Below, piece by piece: positions 1 to 10,605 of a stretch of 64,000 bases of DNA (position 1 is the stretch's first letter; every line of letters begins with the position of its first letter). The DNA lies in NCBI GenBank assembly GCA_037441775.1, contig JBBIRO010000011.1, forward strand, positions 1,708-65,707. Reading direction: 5' to 3'. The position numbers and the translations under genes are program-made. The stretch comes from Syntrophobacterales bacterium (GTDB taxonomy: Bacteria > Desulfobacterota > Syntrophia > Syntrophales > CAMTWB01). Below the pieces are notes generated by a model, which saw nothing but the letters and a program-made list of their open reading frames with translations, did no database searches and was not told the DNA's origin.

Positions 1-1
1 G

Positions 2-814
2 GCCATTGAGCCCAAGACGGCGGCTGACCAGGAGAAGCTGCATGTTGCCCTGCAGAAGCTAATGGAGGAGGACCCAACTGTCAAGTTAAGGTACGATGAT
101 GAAACCGCACAGACGGTAATCTCCGGGATGGGGGAACTGCATCTGGAGGTGCTTCTGGACCGCCTCGAACGGGAATTTAATGTTCATGTAAACGTGGGCC
201 GGCCCAGAGTTGTCTGCCGGGAGACTATCCAGCGAACCGCTGCAACCGAAGGCCTGTTTGAAAGGGAACTGGGAGATAAGAAACATTACGGACATGTTCT
301 ACTCATGTTGAAACCACGGCCGGTGGGTCTGGGGAATCAGATTAAATTTGAGCTGTCGGAAGAAGGGTTGCACCTGCCGCCTGAGTTTCACTCCGCGATT
401 GAATCGGGCATCAGCGAGTCCATGTACGCGGGCGTTCTCAGTGGCTACCCCGTGGTCGATGTGGAAGTAGTCATCACTGGCGGAACCTTCCGTGAGGGCG
501 AATCATCATTTTTAGGCTATAAGATGGCAGCCTCCATGGCCTTTAAAGAGGGGTGTCAGCAGGCGGAGCCGGTCATTTTAGAGCCGATCATGCTGGTTGA
601 TATCATTACTCCAAAGGAATTTATGGGCGAATTGATCGGGGATATTAACTCCCGCCGGGGTGAGATTCAGACGATTACCCCCAAGGGTGCGATAACCGAT
701 ATCAAGGCAAGAGTGCCCCTACGTTCCCTTTTCGGATACTCCACTGACCTGCGTTCCCTAACCCAGGGCCGGGCGGTGTTCACCATGCAGTTTTTGGCCT
801 ATGATAAGGCTTGA
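2..814 (+). CDS. Elongation factor G family GTPase, C-terminal domains (5-prime end lies outside the window)
   Basis: Frame is open from nt 2 (AIEPKTAADQEKLHVALQKLMEEDPT..., GELHLEV). The rest resembles EF-G domains III-V. The stop TGA at 812-814 lies inside a T-motif repeat. Confidence 0.85.
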   Translation, partial: AIEPKTAADQEKLHVALQKLMEEDPTVKLRYDDETAQTVISGMGELHLEVLLDRLEREFNVHVNVGRPRVVCRETIQRTAATEGLFERELGDKKHYGHVLLMLKPRPVGLGNQIKFELSEEGLHLPPEFHSAIESGISESMYAGVLSGYPVVDVEVVITGGTFREGESSFLGYKMAASMAFKEGCQQAEPVILEPIMLVDIITPKEFMGELIGDINSRRGEIQTITPKGAITDIKARVPLRSLFGYSTDLRSLTQGRAVFTMQFLAYDKA

Positions 815-832
815 CGACTTTGGCAAAAAGTC
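811..832. repeat. T-motif, L orientation, solo/degenerate (ttgacgactttggcaaaaagtc)
   Basis: Matches the family consensus TTGACGRCTTCGTAAAAAGTC. Contains the EF-G stop codon. Confidence 0.6.
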
Positions 833-883
833 ACCCGCTCCGGCGCCAAATTTCCGTTTTTTTGATTTTATAAAGGTTCATTG

Positions 884-3004
884 ATGAATGAATTGTCACC
901 AAACACCAAGCTTCAAACTACCAGGCCGCTTTTGGATAAGGACAAGCTGCTGAAGAGTATTTTCAAAATAAGCGCCTTTTTGACCGCCCCTTCCAATGTG
1001 GACGAAATTTTGGGAAAAATCCTCGACGAGGTGGTGGATACCATCGGTTTTCACCGCGGCATAATCCGCCTGTTTGACGATAACAGACAATATCTGGAGA
1101 CCAAGGTAGTTAAAAATTACGGTCAGGAAGAAGCGAAGCGGGCGTTTTCGGTTGCCCTCAATATGAACGAGCATGTTTGTATCGCCACCCGCGTAGCCAG
1201 AACAGGTATTCCGATCGCCGTCGAGGACGCCGCAACCGATCCACGGATTTCTGACTATGACCGCTATCTCACCAGCATATCGAATCAGGGTTCCTATTTC
1301 TGCTCGCCATTAAAGATTGAAAATGAAGTCATCGGCATAATCGCGGTATGGTGTCGGGAGGAAACCAGGTTTTATCCAGAGGAAATCAATCTTTTTCTGG
1401 CCTTTGCCAATCAGATCAGCATCATTATCCACAGCGCCAGGCTCTTTGAGAAAAATGCACAAAAGATCAGTCAATTAACCGCCTTGCAGGAAGCGGTAAC
1501 GACCATGAACCAGAGCTACAACCTGGATAATCACATCCACGATATCCTGGTAACATGGTCCAGGAGAATAGCGGGAGCGGAAAAAGCCCTTGTTTACTTC
1601 TGGGATATAGAAAATGACCGTTGCCTGATCAACGATGGCGAACGGGTAACGGTTGAAGATGGAGGGCCAGGTCAAGAGATTATCGGACGCAGCATAATAA
1701 AAAACGCGATTGAAACCGGTAAAATCGTAACCAGACAAGCGGCAGACAGAGATAAGCCGCCTCTTTATGATGGTTATGACTCTGAAATAGCGCTGCCGCT
1801 TTCAATCAGGGACAAGTTCAAAGGCGCCTTATATCTGGCCTCAAAGTCTGCCCGGTATTCGCAGGATTTGGTGAACATTATAGATATTCTGGTCAAGAAC
1901 GCGGCGATTTCCTATGATAATGCCATTATGCATTCGCTAATTTCTCTTGAGGCCAAAAATCTCAAAAGCGAAGTTGAAAAACTCAAGCAGCGGGAGGATA
2001 TTCTGCTGGGATTTCATAATATTATCGGTAAATCAAAAAAAATCACCGATATCTTTTACTTGATCCAGGAGGTGGCGGACCACAACACCAATATCCTGAT
2101 CCAGGGAGAGAGCGGCACAGGCAAGGAACTCATCGCCCGGGCTATCCATCGACAAAGCATCCGCGCCGCCAAACCTTTTATCTCCCTAAATTGCGCGGCC
2201 ATTCCGGGGACGCTCCTGGAGAGCGAATTATTTGGTTATGAAGCGGGCGCCTTCACCGATGCCAAAAAAAGGAAACTGGGCATTATTGATTCGGCCAACG
2301 GCGGCACCCTGCTTTTAGACGAGATTGCCGATATGAGTATCCACATCCAGGCTAAATTTCTGCGGGTCTTAGAAGAAGGCTCTCTCAGGCGCCTGGGGGG
2401 GACGGAAAATATTCCCATTGATGTCCGGTTCATTTTTTCCACCAACAAGGACCTCAGCAAAATGGTACAGGAGGGAACATTTCGGGATGACCTCTTCTAC
2501 CGGATCAGCGTCCTTCCCATAACCATTCCTCCGCTTCGAGAGAGACCTGAGGATGTTGCGCTTTTGGCCAATCATTACCTGGAAGAATTCAACCAGAAAT
2601 TCAAGAAACGGGTCAAGGGCTTCAGCTATGACGCGGAGTACGTGCTTAGGAATCACCCCTGGCCCGGTAATGTGCGGGAGTTGAGAAATGTCATTGAGCG
2701 AGTGATGATCCTGCAGCCCGCCGATTCGATTATTACCCTGGACAATCTGCCGACAGAGGTGAAATCTGCCAAAGCAGTCGGGCCGATCAACCTGACCATG
2801 AACAATGTGAATTTCCTGCTGCCTGCAGAAAAAATGAATTTCACCCGACTGACTGAAAATATTATTCATGAAATCAAGGATAAAATGATTAGACAAGCCC
2901 TGGAAACCAGCCGCGGCAACAAGACCAAGGCCGCCAAACTGCTGGGAATTTCCCGTTACAAGCTCATCAGGGAACAGAAAAAGACGTTGGCGGGAAGTAA
3001 TTAG
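884..3004 (+). CDS. Sigma-54-dependent transcriptional activator with N-terminal GAF-type sensor region
   Basis: AAA+ sigma-54 interaction core (GESGTGKELIARAIH, GAFTDA) and C-terminal Fis-type HTH (KAAKLLGISRYKL). No receiver domain. ATG at 884 follows an in-frame TTG at 881. Confidence 0.9.
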   Translation: MNELSPNTKLQTTRPLLDKDKLLKSIFKISAFLTAPSNVDEILGKILDEVVDTIGFHRGIIRLFDDNRQYLETKVVKNYGQEEAKRAFSVALNMNEHVCIATRVARTGIPIAVEDAATDPRISDYDRYLTSISNQGSYFCSPLKIENEVIGIIAVWCREETRFYPEEINLFLAFANQISIIIHSARLFEKNAQKISQLTALQEAVTTMNQSYNLDNHIHDILVTWSRRIAGAEKALVYFWDIENDRCLINDGERVTVEDGGPGQEIIGRSIIKNAIETGKIVTRQAADRDKPPLYDGYDSEIALPLSIRDKFKGALYLASKSARYSQDLVNIIDILVKNAAISYDNAIMHSLISLEAKNLKSEVEKLKQREDILLGFHNIIGKSKKITDIFYLIQEVADHNTNILIQGESGTGKELIARAIHRQSIRAAKPFISLNCAAIPGTLLESELFGYEAGAFTDAKKRKLGIIDSANGGTLLLDEIADMSIHIQAKFLRVLEEGSLRRLGGTENIPIDVRFIFSTNKDLSKMVQEGTFRDDLFYRISVLPITIPPLRERPEDVALLANHYLEEFNQKFKKRVKGFSYDAEYVLRNHPWPGNVRELRNVIERVMILQPADSIITLDNLPTEVKSAKAVGPINLTMNNVNFLLPAEKMNFTRLTENIIHEIKDKMIRQALETSRGNKTKAAKLLGISRYKLIREQKKTLAGSN

Positions 3005-3022
3005 CAGGCAAAAGAAATTGGT

Positions 3023-4987
3023 TCAATTTTGCCGTGACGTGGAAAGTAGTTCCAAACGGTCGCCTAGATCGTCCCAGGCAATATACATCCTGGTTAGCTC
3101 CGCGGTTATGACGACCAGTTCCCGGTGAAACTCCCGCACCCTGGCCGAATTTCTGAGAATGGCGGGGTCGCACAGAAAGGATTCGTTTTTCGCTCTTAGT
3201 TCTTCAAGACGAAAAATTTCCGCCTCCAGCGCGGCAAGTTCCTTTCGTAAAGCCGTCTTGAGCTGATAAAGCCGGTTTCTCTCCTGGGCCGCGCTTCTTT
3301 TATCTGGCAGGGATTTCGTGTCCGGGGCCGGTGACCCCTTAGGCTTAGCAGATAGGGCAAAAGCCGGCGCCCCACTGAGGAGTTCCTTTCTTTTTTCGAT
3401 AAAATAAGTGTAGTTTCCGGGATAATCAAACAGCGCGCCGCCGCTTACTTCCATGACCCGGCCCACCAGCCGGTCGAGGAAATAACGGTCATGGGATACC
3501 ACGATGATCGTACCCTGATAACCCAGCAGGGCCTCCTGGAATACTTCTTTGGTTTTCATATCCAAATGATTCGTGGGCTCATCGAGGATCAGAACATTGG
3601 TATTGCCCAGGAGAATCTTAAGCAGAGCCAGCCGGGATTTTTCCCCGCCGGACAGAACTGATATAGGCTTGAAGATATCATCAGCAAAGAAGAGGAAAGA
3701 CCCCAGCAGCGTTCTCTTTTCCTGGTCATTCATGCTGCTTGTGGTTGCAAGTATCTCTTCCCAGACGTTTTGCTGATGGTTCAGATTTTCGGCTGTCTCC
3801 TGGGAGAAAAAGGCTAAACGGACATTTTGACCCCATTCCAGACGGCCACAGGACGGCTCCTCGGTCCGCGCGATCAGTCTGGTCAGAGTTGATTTGCCTG
3901 CCCCGTTGACCCCCACCAGGGCCACCTTCTCACCGCGCAGGATGGTGAAATTAACCTTGCTGAAAACAGTCTTTTCCTCGTATTTTTTGCCCAGCTCCAC
4001 AGCTTTTATCACTTCCCGGCCGGTTTTTGGGGGTGTGGGAAAGCGCATGGCCACTTTTTTTTCGGGACGCTCTTGCTGTATAATGGGCATCTTCTCCAGC
4101 ATTTTTAGCCTGCTTTGGGCTTGCCTAGCTTTGGTCGCCTTATAGCGAAAGCGTTCGATGAAGGCCTGGTGACGGGTAATTTCGGCCTGCTGGTGGATAA
4201 TCTCTTTTTTCATCAGCTCATCGCGCTCCTTTTTTTCCTTAAGGTAGCGCGAGTAATTGCCGTTAAACAGTGTGAGCCTCCCTTTGGCCAGCTCGGCAAT
4301 CTGGGAAACCATCTTATCCAGAAACCAGCGGTCGTGGGAAACGACGATGATGGTTCCCCGATAGTCCGCCAGGTACTCTTCCAGCCATTCCATGCTTGGC
4401 GCGTCCAGATGATTTGTCGGCTCATCCAGCAGCAGGATATCCGGTTGGGATATCAGCAGAGCCGCCAGGAAGATCCGCATTTTCCAGCCGCCGGAAAAAT
4501 CTCGGCAGCTCTTGAACAAATCATCGTCCTTAAAACCCAAACCGGCCAGGATCTGTTTCGCTCGGGCCTCAAAGGCATAACCACCCCGGGCGCTAAAGAG
4601 GGCCACCGCCCGTTCGTATTCTTCTAAGGCTTGTGACCGGCCCAGGTCACCCTCTTCCCCAAGCGCTATCTGTTCGCCGCCGATTTCGATGGTCTTTTCC
4701 AGGGCGAGGATGCCGCTTTGTTTTTTCAGAAAGTAAAGCAGGCCGTCTTCCCTCAGCTCCAGCAGGTCCTGGGGCAGGTAGCCGATAATTTTATTCTTGC
4801 GGTCAGGAATGCTGACCTGGCCCCGGTCCAACTCCACATCTCCCATGATCGCCCTCAGGAGGGTGGTCTTCCCCGTACCGTTGTCTCCCACCAGGCCGAT
4901 CCGGCTGCCCGTGGGAATAGTGGAGTTAATCTCGGCAAAAAGAGTCTTCTCACCCAGTGACAGGCTTACATCCTTGATGATTATCAC
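3023..4987 (-). CDS. ABC-F family ATPase (two ABC cassettes, no membrane domain)
   Basis: Two Walker A motifs (GDNGTGKTT, GVNGAGKST), two signature motifs (FSGGWKMR, LSGGEKSR) and a C-terminal coiled-coil tail. Confidence 0.9.
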   Translation of the reverse strand: MIIIKDVSLSLGEKTLFAEINSTIPTGSRIGLVGDNGTGKTTLLRAIMGDVELDRGQVSIPDRKNKIIGYLPQDLLELREDGLLYFLKKQSGILALEKTIEIGGEQIALGEEGDLGRSQALEEYERAVALFSARGGYAFEARAKQILAGLGFKDDDLFKSCRDFSGGWKMRIFLAALLISQPDILLLDEPTNHLDAPSMEWLEEYLADYRGTIIVVSHDRWFLDKMVSQIAELAKGRLTLFNGNYSRYLKEKKERDELMKKEIIHQQAEITRHQAFIERFRYKATKARQAQSRLKMLEKMPIIQQERPEKKVAMRFPTPPKTGREVIKAVELGKKYEEKTVFSKVNFTILRGEKVALVGVNGAGKSTLTRLIARTEEPSCGRLEWGQNVRLAFFSQETAENLNHQQNVWEEILATTSSMNDQEKRTLLGSFLFFADDIFKPISVLSGGEKSRLALLKILLGNTNVLILDEPTNHLDMKTKEVFQEALLGYQGTIIVVSHDRYFLDRLVGRVMEVSGGALFDYPGNYTYFIEKRKELLSGAPAFALSAKPKGSPAPDTKSLPDKRSAAQERNRLYQLKTALRKELAALEAEIFRLEELRAKNESFLCDPAILRNSARVREFHRELVVITAELTRMYIAWDDLGDRLELLSTSRQN

Positions 4988-5010
4988 TTATCTAGTTCCT
5001 TGAAGACATT

Positions 5011-5030
5011 TTGATGCGCGGTAAAAAAGA
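5011..5030. repeat. T-motif-like, L orientation, solo (ttgatgcgcggtaaaaaaga)
   Basis: Closest to the variant at 38503 (tttgatgaagcggtaaaaagc). Lies in the 55-bp gap between the ABC-F gene and livF. Confidence 0.45.
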
Positions 5031-5042
5031 GGTGCGGCAGGG

Positions 5043-5750
5043 TTAGATACCAAGGTAGGCCTTCTGTACGTTTTCATTATGGAGCAGACTTTCTCCTGAA
5101 CCCGTGAGGGTAATCAGGCCGTTTTCCATGACATAGCCGCGATGGGCCACTTTAAGGGCCATGTTGGCATTTTGTTCCACCAACAAAATAGTTACGCCGT
5201 CCTCCCTGTTGATTCGTTCGATGATCTGGAAAATAAGCTTTACGTACAACGGCGCCAGCCCCAGGGAAGGCTCGTCCAGGAGCAACAGGCGGGGACGGGC
5301 CATCAGCGCCCGCGAAATGGCCAGCATCTGCTGTTCGCCGCCGCTTAAAGTTCCCCCCATCTGGTGGCGGCGTTTGCCCAGGACGGGGAACAGGTCCAGG
5401 AGGTGTCCCATATCCTTCTTTATTCCTGCGTGATCCCTCCTCAGGAAAGCGCCCATGTCCAGATTCTCCTGTACGGTAAGCCCCGGAAATATCCGACGGC
5501 CCTCCGGTACCTGGGAGATGCCTAAAGTCACGATCATATCCGGTGTCAGATCGTGGATATTTTTCCCGAGAAAGGTTATCTCGCCAGAGCGGATCGGGCT
5601 TACCCCGCAGATGGACATGAGGGTGGTGCTTTTGCCCGCGCCGTTTGCCCCGATTAGGGTGATGATCTCTCCTGGGGCAACCTGCAGGGTTACCCCCTTG
5701 AGGGCTTTGATATTGCCGTAATAGGTCTCTATGTTTTTAAGCTCCAGCAT
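5043..5750 (-). CDS. livF: Branched-chain amino acid ABC transporter ATP-binding protein (LivF type)
   Basis: GANGAGKST, LSGGEQQML, and the N-terminus MLELKNIETYYG aligns with the LivF start. The ORF track offers an upstream ATG at 5792, but the ATG at 5750 has the better AGGGG RBS. Confidence 0.85.
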   Translation of the reverse strand: MLELKNIETYYGNIKALKGVTLQVAPGEIITLIGANGAGKSTTLMSICGVSPIRSGEITFLGKNIHDLTPDMIVTLGISQVPEGRRIFPGLTVQENLDMGAFLRRDHAGIKKDMGHLLDLFPVLGKRRHQMGGTLSGGEQQMLAISRALMARPRLLLLDEPSLGLAPLYVKLIFQIIERINREDGVTILLVEQNANMALKVAHRGYVMENGLITLTGSGESLLHNENVQKAYLGI

Positions 5751-5778
5751 GCATGATGCCCCTGTTCGTCGTTCGCCG

Positions 5779-6564
5779 CTAATCTGTTTCATCGCCCAGG
5801 TAGGCCTTGATGACCTTCTGATTAGCTCTCACCTCTTGGGGAGTACCGTTGGCAATCATCTCCCCGTGATCCATGACAAATATCCGGTCGGAAAGGCTCA
5901 TGACCAGTTTCATGTCATGTTCGATTAGGAGGATCGAAATTTGCTCTTCATCCCGGATTTTCACGATCAAATCGTCGAGGGTCTTCGTTTCTTGGGGGTT
6001 CATGCCGGCAGCCGGCTCATCTAGCAGGATAATAAAGGGCTCTGTTGCCAACGCCCGGGCGATTTCCAGCCGCCGCTGGGCTCCGTAGGGCAGATTTTTC
6101 GCCAGCTCGTTGACATAAGCCTGCAGACCCATTTTTTCCAGGATTCGGTAACTTTTTTCAACAATGCTCTCTTCCTCGCGCCTGGTTTTTTTATCGCGGA
6201 TTATCGCGCCGATGATGCCGCCTCGGGCCCGGCAGTGGCGGCCGATCATGACATTTTCCAGGACGGTCATGTTCTGGAACAGGCGAATGTTCTGAAAGGT
6301 GCGGGCGACGCCCAGCTCCGTTATGGAATTGATTTTTTTTCCGTTGATCCGTTTTTTACTTCCGCCGGGAGGGTTGATATAAATATTTCCCCCGGTCGCT
6401 TCGTATACCCCGGTTATGCAATTGAAAACAGTGGTTTTGCCCGCCCCGTTGGGGCCGATGAGGGCCACGATCTCTTTCTCTTTGACCTCCAGGCTAACAT
6501 TAGCCGCCGCCCGCAGGCCGCCAAAATCCATGGTCAGGTTATCGGTGTGCAGCACAACTTCCAT
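5779..6564 (-). CDS. livG: Branched-chain amino acid ABC transporter ATP-binding protein (LivG type)
   Basis: GPNGAGKTT, the LivG-specific insert and LLDEPAAGMNP. Sits within the liv-type operon. Confidence 0.9.
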   Translation of the reverse strand: MEVVLHTDNLTMDFGGLRAAANVSLEVKEKEIVALIGPNGAGKTTVFNCITGVYEATGGNIYINPPGGSKKRINGKKINSITELGVARTFQNIRLFQNMTVLENVMIGRHCRARGGIIGAIIRDKKTRREEESIVEKSYRILEKMGLQAYVNELAKNLPYGAQRRLEIARALATEPFIILLDEPAAGMNPQETKTLDDLIVKIRDEEQISILLIEHDMKLVMSLSDRIFVMDHGEMIANGTPQEVRANQKVIKAYLGDETD

Positions 6565-7790
6565 TACTCGGTCCCACCCGCGTTTTTCGGCGCGGCTTTA
6601 AACTGATATTTGGCGCGCACTCCGGGAAGGATGCCCTGTGGCCGGAAAACCATCATCAGGACCATGCTGACGCCAAAGGCGATCATCCGGTAGTCGCTGA
6701 AGGCACGCAGGTACTCCGGCAGGAGGATCAGGATCAGCGCGCCCAGAATGACCCCCATAATGGAACCCATGCCGCCCATAACGACAATGCAGAGGATTAT
6801 GGCCGATTCCATAAAAGTGAAGCTGGCCGGATTTATAAAAGTGGTCTTCGCGGCAAAGATGACGCCGATCATCCCCGCCCAGGTAGCCCCCAGGGCGAAG
6901 GCGGCGAGCTTGGTCTTGGTCTTATCTATTCCCATCGCCTGACAGGCAATCTCATCTTCCCGAAGGGCGATCCAGGCCCGGCCGATGCGGGACTTCTCCA
7001 GCCGGTTGACCACGAATATGGTGAACAAGCATAAGGCAATCATGATGAAATAGATATAGATGGTTGCCTCGCTGAAACTGAGATTTATTCCGAAAAAACC
7101 AGGGCGGTCGATATTGGATATCCCGCTTGGTCCAAAGGAAAATTCGTTCCAGTTCTCCAAAATCAGCCTGATTATCTCGCCGAAACCCAACGTGACGATG
7201 GCCAGATAATCTCCCCTCAGCCTCAAGACGGGAAATCCCAGGAGAATACCGGCGATAAAGGCCAAAAACGCGCCGATGGGCAGGGCCGCCCAGAAGCCGA
7301 TATCGTAATGATGATTCAAAAGGGCGTAGGCATAGGCGCCGACCGCGTAGAAGGCCACGTATCCTAAATCAAGCAGACCAGCCAGGCCAACCACAATATT
7401 GAGGCCCAGTCCCAAGACAACAAACATCAGGGCAGTGACCATGATGTTGACCTGATAAACCGATAGGACAAAGGGGAAAATGATTACCCCGACCCCCAAG
7501 GCGGCCAGCAAGGGGATCAGCAGACGGGGGTTCTCCATAATCCGCTGCGTCCAGGGGAGCAGCGGGACTGCCGCTGCGCTTTCTTTTCCTCCAGTTGTCT
7601 TTATGGTAAACAGGTAACGCCAGGCAAAGGAAAGGACAAAACTGACGACAGCGACTAAGACCATATTATGCCAGCGCCACTCAATCTCGTTTTCGATGGT
7701 GTTGACCCTGATTACCATAATGGGAAAGGTCAAGATGATAAACCAGATGGCCACCAGGAGAGAGTCTTTTATTTGTCTGGCAATGTTCAT
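6564..7790 (-). CDS. livM: Branched-chain amino acid ABC transporter permease (LivM type)
   Basis: Polytopic membrane protein located between the LivH-type and LivG-type genes. Overlaps livG by 1 nt. Confidence 0.85.
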   Translation of the reverse strand: MNIARQIKDSLLVAIWFIILTFPIMVIRVNTIENEIEWRWHNMVLVAVVSFVLSFAWRYLFTIKTTGGKESAAAVPLLPWTQRIMENPRLLIPLLAALGVGVIIFPFVLSVYQVNIMVTALMFVVLGLGLNIVVGLAGLLDLGYVAFYAVGAYAYALLNHHYDIGFWAALPIGAFLAFIAGILLGFPVLRLRGDYLAIVTLGFGEIIRLILENWNEFSFGPSGISNIDRPGFFGINLSFSEATIYIYFIMIALCLFTIFVVNRLEKSRIGRAWIALREDEIACQAMGIDKTKTKLAAFALGATWAGMIGVIFAAKTTFINPASFTFMESAIILCIVVMGGMGSIMGVILGALILILLPEYLRAFSDYRMIAFGVSMVLMMVFRPQGILPGVRAKYQFKAAPKNAGGTE

Positions 7791-7797
7791 GCTGAAT

Positions 7798-8700
7798 TCA
7801 GACCTTCTGTGCGGTCGCCTTCCCTAAAAGACCAGTGGGTTTGAAAATAAGGATCAGTACCAGAAAGACAAAGGCAAACACATCTTCATAGTCGCTCGAT
7901 ATGTAGCCAGTGGCAAAGCTCTCGGTCCAACCCAGAACCAGCCCGCCCAGGACCGCCCCGGGGATGCTTCCTATCCCGCCTAAGACGGCGGCGGTAAACG
8001 CCTTGATCCCGGCAATGAAACCGATATAGAAGTTGATCCGGCCGACATGAGAAGCAACCAGCACTCCGCCCACCGCGGCTAGGGCGGAGCCGAGAATGAA
8101 GGTGTTGGAGATTACCCTGTTGACGTTAACCCCCAAAAGCATCGCCATACTGCGATCCTGAGCCGTGGCGCGCATGGCCTTGCCCATCATTGTGAACTTG
8201 ATGAACAGGGTCAGACAGACCATGACGACAGCGGTGATAGCGATAATCGCCAGGTCGGTTGATCCAATAATATGCTGATATTTCTCTGGTAATTCAAATT
8301 CCGGGATCAAACTGGGGAAGGGCAGAAAATCCGATGTCTGGGCAAGGAGAACATAGTTCTGCAGAAATATCGACATACCGATGGCGCTGATCAAAGGTGA
8401 CAGGCGCGGCGCCTGCCTCAATGGCTTGTAGGCTATTTTTTCGACGGTGAAGGCGTAGGCGGCAGCGTACATCATGGCCAAAACCGTCGAAAGGATCAGT
8501 AACGACACCCCTTCCATTCCGTACCAGGATAGGACACCGGAGACGATAAGCGCCGTGAAGGCGCCGATCATGTAGATCTCGCCGTGGGCAAAGTTTATCA
8601 GCTGGATAATGCCGTACACCATTGTATAGCCCAGTGCAATCAAGGCGTAAATGCTACCGCGGGTCAGGCCGCTGAAAAACAGTTCGAGAAAATATTCCAT
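7798..8700 (-). CDS. livH: Branched-chain amino acid ABC transporter permease (LivH type)
   Basis: N-terminus MEYFLELFFSGLTRGSIYALIALGYTMVYG is typical of LivH. Confidence 0.9.
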   Translation of the reverse strand: MEYFLELFFSGLTRGSIYALIALGYTMVYGIIQLINFAHGEIYMIGAFTALIVSGVLSWYGMEGVSLLILSTVLAMMYAAAYAFTVEKIAYKPLRQAPRLSPLISAIGMSIFLQNYVLLAQTSDFLPFPSLIPEFELPEKYQHIIGSTDLAIIAITAVVMVCLTLFIKFTMMGKAMRATAQDRSMAMLLGVNVNRVISNTFILGSALAAVGGVLVASHVGRINFYIGFIAGIKAFTAAVLGGIGSIPGAVLGGLVLGWTESFATGYISSDYEDVFAFVFLVLILIFKPTGLLGKATAQKV

Positions 8701-8816
8701 GGTTTAGGGATTATATTCTTTCTGCCTTAAGATATTGGACACAGTTCAAGAATTCTTAAAAAAATTTCCGAGAAGGCGTAAAGAAAACCTTCCCGGAAAT
8801 AGTGGCGCCGTTAAAA

Positions 8817-9941
8817 CTATTTGAGCTCCGTAAAGACGCCCTTCTTCACCTGATACACCGAGAAGCCGACGCCGATGGCATCACCCTTCTTGTCGAACTT
8901 GACCTTGCCCAGCGGGGTGTCAACTTCCTGGCCGCGAAGGACCGCTTCCACTTTGGCCGCTTCCGTGCTGCCAGCCTTCTGGATGGCGTTTAAGAGAGCC
9001 TGCGTGGCGGCCACCGCGTTGAGGAAAAAGGCGCCGGGATCAGCTCCGTAAGCTTTCTTATGGGCGTCATTGAAGGCCACGGCGAGGGGATTTTTCGAAA
9101 CATCACGGGGGCCCGTGGCATATACGCCTTCGGCGCTCTTGCCGGCGACCTTGATGAAGGTGTCATCCTTAACTCCATCGGCGGAGATGAAATTGGTTTT
9201 CATCTTCTTTTTTCTCATAAGCATCACGATGGAAGAGGCTTCCGGGTGATAGCCGCCATAAATCACCGTATCCGCCTTGGCCTGCCTGATCTTCTGGACA
9301 ATCGCCGAGTAATCCACCGCCCCGGGGGTGATGCCTTCGAAGAGAACGATTTCGGCGGTTTTCGCTTCCTCGACGAACTTCTTGGCAAACTCTGCATACC
9401 CCTTGCCGTAGTCACCCTTGTCATGAACAATGGCTATCTTCTTGGCTTTCAATTTGTTGAGGGTAAAATGCACTCCCAACTTGGCCTGATCGTCATCGGC
9501 GGCGATGGTGCGGTAGAAATTGGGAAAGTCGCCCGACTGGGTCAGGGCGGGATTAGTAGCGGAAGGAGAGATGGCGATCACCTTGGCGTCCTTGTAAATC
9601 CCCAGCGCAGCCCTGGTTGCGCCGCTGCAGACATGCCCTACCACCACATGAACACCTTTGGACACGAGCTTCGTCGCCGTATTGGTGGCCAGTTCCGGTT
9701 TGCAGACGTCATCTTCAACCAGAAGCTCCACCTGACGGCCCAGGACACCGCCTTTGGCGTTGATCTCCTTGACTACCAGTTCCGCCGCCTTGATGGACGG
9801 AATACCGTAGGAGGCAAGGTCACCGGAATGAGGCCCCGCAACGCCGAGCTTGATTGTCTCCTGGGCTAAAGCCATACCGGTAAACAAAAATAAAGAAATG
9901 ACCAATGTGGAGATAACGTTCCCGAACAACTTCTTCTTCAT
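8817..9941 (-). CDS. Branched-chain amino acid ABC transporter substrate-binding protein (LivJ/K type)
   Basis: Signal peptide followed by a type-I periplasmic binding fold (IKLGVAGPHSGDLASYG). First gene of the liv-type operon. Confidence 0.85.
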   Translation of the reverse strand: MKKKLFGNVISTLVISLFLFTGMALAQETIKLGVAGPHSGDLASYGIPSIKAAELVVKEINAKGGVLGRQVELLVEDDVCKPELATNTATKLVSKGVHVVVGHVCSGATRAALGIYKDAKVIAISPSATNPALTQSGDFPNFYRTIAADDDQAKLGVHFTLNKLKAKKIAIVHDKGDYGKGYAEFAKKFVEEAKTAEIVLFEGITPGAVDYSAIVQKIRQAKADTVIYGGYHPEASSIVMLMRKKKMKTNFISADGVKDDTFIKVAGKSAEGVYATGPRDVSKNPLAVAFNDAHKKAYGADPGAFFLNAVAATQALLNAIQKAGSTEAAKVEAVLRGQEVDTPLGKVKFDKKGDAIGVGFSVYQVKKGVFTELK

Positions 9942-10060
9942 AAATCCCTTCCTCCCTGTTTAAAGTAGATATAAATAAGCGAATTACCCGAGTCTTTCTA
10001 ACCAGAAACAGGCAATCCCGTCAAGTCAAAAATACTGTCTAGAGAGTCCCTTCGCGTCAT

Positions 10061-10450
10061 TCACTTCATTTTTCGCTCAGTTGTTTCTTTTGCTTTCTCA
10101 TCCTTCCGGGGCGCCTGGTCCTCATCTGACTTTGGCAACCATTGGTGCTTTCTGAGTAAATCGGCGCCTTTTCCCATCAAGTCCTTCACGTCTTGATACA
10201 TCTCATTGAATTTGTCCTTTGTCTCGATGGTCTTATCTATTGCCTCCTTGGCGGAAGGAATTACGTCTTGAGGCTTGCGCTGCGGATCCTTGAGGTAGTG
10301 ATACCCCCCGAAGATAAGGATAATCAACAGGAGGATTAAAAATATTTTAATAAATTGCTTGAAGATGAAATAGATGACTAAAAGCAGGACAAACCCGATT
10401 GCCAGGGCTGCCATGTGATTTTCAGCAATGATGGCCATCAGTCTGTCCAT
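10061..10450 (-). CDS. Hypothetical small membrane protein with charged C-terminal tail
   Basis: Two hydrophobic helices followed by a lysine/glutamate-rich tail. I recognise no family. Confidence 0.45.
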   Translation of the reverse strand: MDRLMAIIAENHMAALAIGFVLLLVIYFIFKQFIKIFLILLLIILIFGGYHYLKDPQRKPQDVIPSAKEAIDKTIETKDKFNEMYQDVKDLMGKGADLLRKHQWLPKSDEDQAPRKDEKAKETTERKMK

Positions 10451-10605
10451 TTTAATCCCCTTATCTGTGGGTAGAGGTTAGAACCTTCCCGCCAGCAGTG
10501 AAACGATCCTATCATAAAAGGCAAGGATTATTCTATTAGTATCTTGTCCTGAAATCTTTTCGAATCACCAAAAGGGTGGTTTTATTAATGCGATTGCGAG
10601 GCACC

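Noticed and set aside
10505-10575. A possible additional degenerate T-motif element (cgatcctatcataaaagg ... atcttttcgaatcacc) downstream of the AbfD-like gene.
   Set aside because: The match to the consensus is too weak to call by eye. It should be revisited with a profile search.
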